Positions 56,693 through 64,000 of a DNA stretch of 64,000 nt are shown here, piece by piece. The notes under the pieces are model-generated. The model did not search any database. It was not told the DNA's origin and saw only the letters and a program-made list of their open reading frames with translations. Source of the stretch: Candidatus Palauibacter sp. (GTDB lineage: Bacteria > Gemmatimonadota > Gemmatimonadetes > Palauibacterales > Palauibacteraceae); assembly GCF_965197445.1 (NCBI RefSeq), contig NZ_CBDANE010000005.1:1458992-1522991 (forward strand). The letters are read 5' to 3'. The position numbers and the translations under genes were made by a program. Position 1 is the first letter of the stretch. The number at the start of each line of letters is the position of its first letter.

Positions 56693-57486
56693 GGATGCGG
56701 CTTCGGCCACTCGCCGCCGCTTCGCTGGCCGCGCTGCTCACGACGACCGGCTTCTCCGACCTCGAGGGGCAGCGGCGGCGCGGGCGGGGGGGCGGGGGCG
56801 GGTTCGGGAACGACCTCGCCGCGTACCAGGAGTACAACACGCCCTACACGGGCAAGTTCACCTTCGTGCGTCTCTATTACCGGACGGGGGGCTGGGGCCG
56901 GAACCCCGGGTGGTCGCACGACTGGCCCGTGGCCGAGCGCAACTTCGGCGAGATCATGGACGCGCTCACGACCATCGGCCCGCGCCGGGGCGGCGGCAAC
57001 GTCCTCGCCATGGACGACCCCGAACTGTTCAAGTTCCCCGTCGCGTACCTCTCGGAGCCCGGCGACTGGGGCATGACCGAGGCGGAGGCCGAAAACCTGA
57101 GCAACTATCTGCGCAAGGGCGGGTTCCTCATCATCGACGACATGGGCGGCTACCGGGATCTGAATTGGACGGAGCAGATGCTCGAAGTCCTGCTGCCGGG
57201 GCTCCAACTCGTGGAACTCGACGTGAGCCACCCGATCTTCGACTCGTTCTTTCACCTCGAGCAGAGCAATATCGAGATGCCGCACCCCTACTGGGGCGGG
57301 ATCGCCAGCTACTGGGGGATCTTCGAGAACAACGATCCCGAAGGCCGGCTTATGGTCATCGTGAATCACGACAACGACATTGGCGACTACATGGAGTGGT
57401 CCGACCGGGGGTTCGTCCCGATCGCGCTATCCAACGAAGCGTACAAGCTGGGCGTCAACTATGTGGTGTACGCCCTCACACACTGA
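56689..57486 (+). CDS. DUF4159 domain protein
   Basis: FTFVRL, WSHDWP.AERN, YLRKGGFLIIDD, HPIF, GVNYVVYALTH. Confidence 0.9.
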   Translation: MRMRLRPLAAASLAALLTTTGFSDLEGQRRRGRGGGGGFGNDLAAYQEYNTPYTGKFTFVRLYYRTGGWGRNPGWSHDWPVAERNFGEIMDALTTIGPRRGGGNVLAMDDPELFKFPVAYLSEPGDWGMTEAEAENLSNYLRKGGFLIIDDMGGYRDLNWTEQMLEVLLPGLQLVELDVSHPIFDSFFHLEQSNIEMPHPYWGGIASYWGIFENNDPEGRLMVIVNHDNDIGDYMEWSDRGFVPIALSNEAYKLGVNYVVYALTH

Positions 57487-57504
57487 ACTGGTCACTGAAC
57501 TGGT
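57481..57504 (+). repeat. 12-bp tandem duplication
   Basis: CACTGAACTGGT x2 spanning the stop codon. Confidence 0.85.
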
Positions 57505-57520
57505 GACAGAAGGAGCCGGC

Positions 57521-58549
<1,029 letters not shown>

Positions 58550-58569
58550 GCGGGAGCGCCGGGTAGATC

Positions 58570-59496
58570 ATGCGGGCGCGGATCGTCTCGAGGACCGTTC
58601 CGGGGACCCAGTTCCTCGATCCCGCCGTGCTCACGCGGATCGGGAACCTCGAACTCGTGGCGCGCTCCGTGGTCGAAGGCTTCATCGCCGGCGTCCACGG
58701 GTCTCCCTTCCTGGGGCTGTCGCTCGACTTCGCGGCGCACCGCCAGTACCTGCCCGGCGACGACATCCGCAAGATCGACTGGAAGGTGTTCGGGCGCACC
58801 GACCGTCACTACATCAAGGAATACGAGGCCGAGACCAACGCGAACGTCTTCTTCGCGCTCGACGCCTCCCGTTCGATGGACTATGGCTCGCGCGGCATCA
58901 CGAAGCTCGACTACGCGCGCTACCTGACGGCCTGCCTGGCCTACCTCTCCGCGAGCCAGCGGGACCGCGTGGGCGCCGCCGTGTTCGACGAAAAGCTGCG
59001 CGAGTACATCCCCCCCTCGGTCCGTCACCGGCGGCTGATCCTCGCCGCGCTCGACCGCATGCGAGCGGAGACGGCGGGGGACCTGACGCGGCCGCTGACG
59101 CAGGTGGCGGAGAGCCTCACCCGGAAGGGGATCGTCGTCCTCGTCTCCGATCTCTATGCCGAGCCGCAGACCGTGCTCGACTCGGTCGGGGCGCTCCGGA
59201 GCAAGGGGCAGGACGTGATCGTGTTCCAGATCATGGACCCCGCCGAGGTGGACTTCCCGTTCGAGGCCGCGAGGTCGTTCGAGGATCTGGAGACGGGGGA
59301 ACGGCTCCCGGTGACGCCCGACGACATGCGGACCGAGTATCTGTCGCTGGTCGAGGGACACGTGGGCGAGATCTCGAAGCTGATGATCGAGCGCGGGATC
59401 GACCACGAGCTGGCCGTGACGTCGGTGCCGCTCGACGCGGTGCTGTTCCGCTACCTGTCGCACCGGTCCCGGCGTCTGAAGGGGAAGGATAGATGA
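58570..59496 (+). CDS. DUF58 domain protein
   Basis: G.H.S, FAAHRQY.PGDDIRKIDWK, DASRSM, VSD. Confidence 0.93.
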   Translation: MRARIVSRTVPGTQFLDPAVLTRIGNLELVARSVVEGFIAGVHGSPFLGLSLDFAAHRQYLPGDDIRKIDWKVFGRTDRHYIKEYEAETNANVFFALDASRSMDYGSRGITKLDYARYLTACLAYLSASQRDRVGAAVFDEKLREYIPPSVRHRRLILAALDRMRAETAGDLTRPLTQVAESLTRKGIVVLVSDLYAEPQTVLDSVGALRSKGQDVIVFQIMDPAEVDFPFEAARSFEDLETGERLPVTPDDMRTEYLSLVEGHVGEISKLMIERGIDHELAVTSVPLDAVLFRYLSHRSRRLKGKDR

Positions 59497-61554
59497 GCCT
59501 TCTGACCCCCGTGGTTCCTGGCCGGTCTCGGGCTCCTGTCGGTGCCGATCATCATCCACCTGACCCACCGCCAGCGGAGTACGGTGACGGCGTTCCCCTC
59601 GCTCATGTTCCTGCGCAAGCTGCCCTTCAAGACGATGAACCGGCGCAGGATCCGCCACCCGCTGCTGTTCGCGCTGCGCTGCGCCGCGCTCGCCCTGCTG
59701 GCGATCGCCTTCGCCCGGCCCTTTTTCGACGCCACGGGAGACATGGAAGGAGAAGCGGCGCGCGACGTGGTGCTGCTCGTCGACGTGTCGGCGAGTCTTG
59801 CCTACGGGGATCGCTGGGACGCCGCGCTCGATTCGGCCCGTGCCGTCCTCGACGGTCTGAGGGAGGGGGACAGGGTCGCGGTGGCGAGCTTCGATGAGCA
59901 GGCGCGGGAGCGACTCCCGCTGTCGCTCGATCCGGCCGTGGCCCGCAGCGCCCTCGAGGGGCTGTCGCCCGTGGACCTCGGGACGCGGATCGAAGCGGGA
60001 CTCCAGCTCGCGGGCCGCATCCTCTCCGAGTCGGATCGGCGCAGCCGGGAAGTCGTGCTCATCTCCGACTTCCAGCGCACGGGATGGGAGGACGGCGGGA
60101 GAGTCCGGCTTCCCGACGGAGTTTCGCTGCGGACGGCCAGCGTGGCGCGCGAGGAAGCGGCGAACGTGGCGGTGGCCGAGGCGGCGATCCGGGCGGCGGG
60201 CGGCGGACGTGTTCGCCTCGTGGCCCGGCTCGCGAACATGGGCGACGAGCCGGTCGAGACGCTGCCGGTGTCGCTCGAGATCGCGGGCCGGACGGTGGCG
60301 ACGCTCCCGTTGGACATGCCGCCGCGCGGGGCCGGGACGGTGGTGTTCGAGGACATTGCGCTGCCCGAGGGGCGAAGCCGCGGACGCCTCACGGTGCCCG
60401 GGGACGGGCTGTCCATCGACGATGTGTTCCGCTTCGTGGCGGCGCCGGAGGCCGGGCTGCGCACACTCATTCTGGAGAACAACCGTGGAAACGAGGAGCG
60501 GAGCCTCTTTCTCGAGCGAGCGTTCGGGATCGGCGACTCGCCGCGCATCGATGCCTCGCGGGTCTCCGCCACCCGCATCGACGACGACGTGCTCGCGGCG
60601 GCGGGTTTCGCGGTCCTGAACGACGGCGACCTCACCGACGCGGGGCGGTCGGGCCGGCTCCGCGACTGGGTGAGTGAGGGTGGCGGCCTGCTCATTGTCC
60701 TGGGGTCGAACACGAGCATGGACCGGTGGTCCGACGCCGGCCAGGGTCTGCTCGGCGGCACGCCCGGCCAGCTGGTGGACGCGGGCGGCGGACGTCGGCT
60801 CTCGTGGCTCGACTACGACCATCCCGTGTTCGAGCTGTTCTCGGCTCCACGCAGCGGGGACTTTTCGGGTGCCCGCTTCCACCGTTTCTGGGAACTCGAA
60901 CCGGCGCCCGGCACGAACGTGCTGGCGCGCTTCGACAGCGGGGAACCGGCCTTGCTCGAGCACACCATCGGCGAGGGACGCGTGCTGGTGTGGACCTCGA
61001 CGCTCGACCGCTACTGGAACGACCTCGCGCTCCAGCCCGTGTTCCTGCCTTTCGTGCACCGGCTGGCGCTCCACGCGACCGGATACCGGGAGCCGGAGCG
61101 GTGGATCGAGGCGGGTGGCGTGCTCGAGTTGGCCGGGCTGGTCGGGGCCGCCGTCGGTGGCTCCGAGTGGGTGCTGGTCGATCCGGGCGGTGACCGGCGT
61201 CCGCTCGAGGTCGGGGAAGAGCCGACGTGGATCGAGTTTCCGGAGACGGGATTCTACGAGGTCGCAGCAAGAGATGACGCGGACCGCGCCGTGACCGTGG
61301 CGGTCAACGCGTCGATCACCGAATCTGATCTGGTGCCGGTGGCGACGGAACGCGTGATCGAGGCCGTCGCGGGTGCCACGCCCGCGGGGCCGGCGGGAGA
61401 CGGCGGCGGGACGGAAGATGGGGAAGCGGCCACGAGGCGCGCCGAACTCTGGTGGCTGTTGCTGTTGGCCGCGGCGCTGGTGCTCGGCGTGGAGAGCGTG
61501 CTGGCGAACCGCTGGGCGCGGCGCCGTCCCGCATCGGCGCTGACGAACGCGTAG
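59493..61554 (+). CDS. BatA + vWA domain membrane protein with an apparent +1 frameshift in a C-run at about 59506-59510
   Basis: ATG AGC CTT CTG ACC CC[C]G TGG TTC: removing one C gives MSLLTPWFLAGLGLLSVPIIIHL..FPSLMFL (BatA); DVSAS MIDAS, ISD, C-terminal TM helix. Confidence 0.88.
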
Positions 61555-61576
61555 CGAAGAGCGAAGGAGGCTGACG

Positions 61577-64000
61577 ATGCAGCGGTGGATGAGGACGAGG
61601 AACTCGGAGCGTCAGCTGCTCGACATCGTGCGCGACGTGAGGCGGCGCTGGCGCGTGCGCCAGCTCATCCAGGGCGTCGCGGTCACACTCGGGATCGGGT
61701 TCGCCGTCTTCTTCGCCGCTACGTGGGGCATCGACCGGCTCCGCTTCGAGGATGGCGCCGTCCTTGCCTTCCGCATCGTGCTGTGGGCCGCCGCCGCGGG
61801 GCTCTTCGTCTGGTTCGTGGCGCGCCCCCTGGGGCGGCGCGTTTCGGACGCGCAGGTCGCGCTCTATCTGGAAGAACATGAACCGTCGCTCAAGGCGGCG
61901 TTCCTCGCGGCCACCGAGGCCGCGACCGAGCGGGCCGGGTCGCCGGCCGGGCCGTCGGGCCTCGACGCTCGTCTGCTGGAAGCCGCGGTCGAGCGGGCGC
62001 GCCGTGTCGAGCGCGGCCGCCGCGTGGAGCGCGACGGGCTGCGCCGCTCATCCGCCTGGTTCGCGGGCGTCGCCACGGCCGTGCTGCTCGTCGCCATCTT
62101 CGGCCCGGCCTTCCAGGGAACGGCAGGCTCGCTGCTCCTGAGTCCGTGGAAGACCGCGGACGCGGCCAACCCCTACGCGATTACCGTGGAACCGGGCGAT
62201 GCTCTTATTGCGCGCGGCTCCGATCAACTGGTGCGCGCGTTCCCGCAGGGCTTCGAGACGGACGAGGTCGAAGTCGCCGTCCGGCGCGGCGAGTCCGAGG
62301 TATGGGCGCGCTACTTCATGACGCCGGGCGAGGACGGCGTCGGGTTCGAAATCCTCCTGTTCGACCTCGACGAGCCGACCGACTACGCCGTCACCTCGGA
62401 GGGCGTCCGGTCGCCGGTGTTCAGGATCGACGTGGCCGACCTGCCCTACGTGGAGCGGATCGATCTCGAATACCATTTCCCGGCCTACACCGGACTCAGC
62501 CCGCGGACGGTCGAGGATGGGGGGGACATCGCGGTCCTCCGGGGCACCGAAGTCCGCCTGCGGGTGACGCCGACGATGGCTACGGAAGGGGCGCGGCTTT
62601 CCTTCGACGATCAGGACCAGGAGGAGGGCACGGCGCTCGAACCCGCGGACGGCGCGTTCGAGACGAGCTTCACCGTGACCGGCGAGACCTTCTACCACGT
62701 CGAGTTCATGGGGCCGGGCGGCCGCTTCGTCGTCGGTTCGCCCGACTATCTCGTCGAACCGCTGGACGACCAGCCGCCCGGCGTCCGGATCTCGGACCCC
62801 GGGCGCGACACGCGGCTGTCGCCGATCGAGGAGCTGTACGTCGAGGTCCAGGCCGAGGACGACTTCGGGCTCGGGCGGGTCGAACTCCTGTACTCGGTGA
62901 ACGGCGGAGAAGAGTCGTCCCGGGTCCTGCACGGCACGGCGCGGGGCGGGGCCACGCAGGTCTCCGGCGGGCACACGTTCTTCCTGGAGGAGTTCGGTCT
63001 CGAGCCGGGAGACGTCCTCTCGTACTACGCCCGCGCCACGGACCTGAGATCCGGCGCGTCCGGCGGCTCCGGCAGCGTCGGCGTGGAGAGTTCGGACATC
63101 TACTTCGTCGAGATCCGTCCCTTCGACCAGAACTACCGCCAGGCCGAGCAAGGAGGCGGTGGTGGCGGAGGCGGCGGAGGCGGATCGGGCATGGAGGGCG
63201 AGTTGTCCGAGCAGCAACGGCAGATCGTCGCCGCCACCTTCCGCCTCATGCGCGACGGAGAAGAGTTCGACGCGGCCGAAATGTCGGAGAACCTGGCCAC
63301 CCTCACGCTGCTCCAGGGCCGGTTGCGACAGCAGGTGGAGGAGCTGGCCCTACAGATGCAGCAGCGCGGCGTGGCGGCGGATCCGGCATTCGAGACCGTG
63401 TTCCGCGAACTCCCGCTCGCGCCCGAGGAGATGCGGGAGGCCGAAACGAAACTCGGGGAGCGCCGGCTGCGGGAGGCGCTGTCTCCCGAACAGCGCGCGC
63501 TTCAGCACCTGCAGCGCGCCGAGGCCGCGTTCCGCGACGTGCAGGTGCAGCAGGGCGGCGGTGGCGGCGGTGGCGGAGGGGGAGGCAGCGCGGCGGCCGA
63601 GGAACTCGCCGACCTGTTCGAACTCGAACTCGACCGGCTCCGGAATCAGTACGAGACGGTCCAGCGCGGCCAGCAGCAGCAGCAGGATCAGGAGGTCGAC
63701 GAAGCGCTCCAGAAGCTGGAGGAACTCGCCCGGCGCCAGCAGCAGATGAACGAACGCCAGGCGGCGCAGCCGCGGGGCGGGGCCGGCGGAGGCCAGGGTC
63801 AGCAGCAACAGATGATCCAGGAGACGGAAGAGCTGGCGCGTCAGCTGCAGCGCCTGGCCCGGGAGGACGACCGGGCGGACATCGAAGAATCCGCGCGCCG
63901 GCTTCAGCAGGCCGCGGACCAGATGCGGCAGGCTCAGGCGCAGGGGCGCCAGGGGCAGGGCCAGGCCCAGGCGTCGAACGCGCTCGACCGGCTGCGCGAC
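61577..64000 (+). CDS. Large membrane protein with Ig-like domains and Gln/Gly-rich coiled coils (DUF4175-like), 3'-truncated by the window edge
   Basis: ATG after AGGAGG; open to the window end; VRRRW, TM helices, Y.FPAYTGL, DQPP, DDFGL, YYARA; absent from the ORF track because it has no stop. Confidence 0.85.
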   Translation, partial: MQRWMRTRNSERQLLDIVRDVRRRWRVRQLIQGVAVTLGIGFAVFFAATWGIDRLRFEDGAVLAFRIVLWAAAAGLFVWFVARPLGRRVSDAQVALYLEEHEPSLKAAFLAATEAATERAGSPAGPSGLDARLLEAAVERARRVERGRRVERDGLRRSSAWFAGVATAVLLVAIFGPAFQGTAGSLLLSPWKTADAANPYAITVEPGDALIARGSDQLVRAFPQGFETDEVEVAVRRGESEVWARYFMTPGEDGVGFEILLFDLDEPTDYAVTSEGVRSPVFRIDVADLPYVERIDLEYHFPAYTGLSPRTVEDGGDIAVLRGTEVRLRVTPTMATEGARLSFDDQDQEEGTALEPADGAFETSFTVTGETFYHVEFMGPGGRFVVGSPDYLVEPLDDQPPGVRISDPGRDTRLSPIEELYVEVQAEDDFGLGRVELLYSVNGGEESSRVLHGTARGGATQVSGGHTFFLEEFGLEPGDVLSYYARATDLRSGASGGSGSVGVESSDIYFVEIRPFDQNYRQAEQGGGGGGGGGGGSGMEGELSEQQRQIVAATFRLMRDGEEFDAAEMSENLATLTLLQGRLRQQVEELALQMQQRGVAADPAFETVFRELPLAPEEMREAETKLGERRLREALSPEQRALQHLQRAEAAFRDVQVQQGGGGGGGGGGGSAAAEELADLFELELDRLRNQYETVQRGQQQQQDQEVDEALQKLEELARRQQQMNERQAAQPRGGAGGGQGQQQQMIQETEELARQLQRLAREDDRADIEESARRLQQAADQMRQAQAQGRQGQGQAQASNALDRLRD

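Noticed and set aside
57481-57504. CRISPR-like or functional repeat
   Set aside because: Only two adjacent 12-bp units with no spacers; simple slippage duplication

Overview
High-GC bacterial chromosomal window (roughly 70% GC by eye). Gene content (Gly-rich secreted BNR/VPS10 protein, DUF4159/MoxR/BatA operon, small coiled-coil protein, many toxin-antitoxin and HNH genes) resembles Gemmatimonadota, including sponge-associated lineages; this is inference only. 1-33 kb is mostly intact metabolic and envelope genes: CoxL/CoxM-like molybdenum hydroxylase, a Tat-lipoprotein flavin amine oxidase with an apparent ATC start, GGT, a TetR-regulated RND pump, cysC, an aldehyde dehydrogenase, a Tat-less Mo-bisPGD enzyme with a ferredoxin-NrfD fusion and TorD chaperone, transporters including an ANKH-like protein, a macrodomain protein and a B12 radical SAM enzyme. 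34-50 kb is an integrase-free accessory/defence hotspot with Phd/PIN, RHH/PIN and DUF433 TA genes, two kinds of modification-dependent HNH nucleases and an AAA-DUF4143 ATPase. Its spacers are mosaics of 40-800 bp diverged patches of neighbouring genes. 50.6-64 kb is an eight-gene MoxR/vWA envelope operon with a TPR-gluzincin and a Cys-less caspase-like protein. No rRNA, tRNA, CRISPR array, transposase or integrase was recognised. All family calls come from motif recognition, not database searches.
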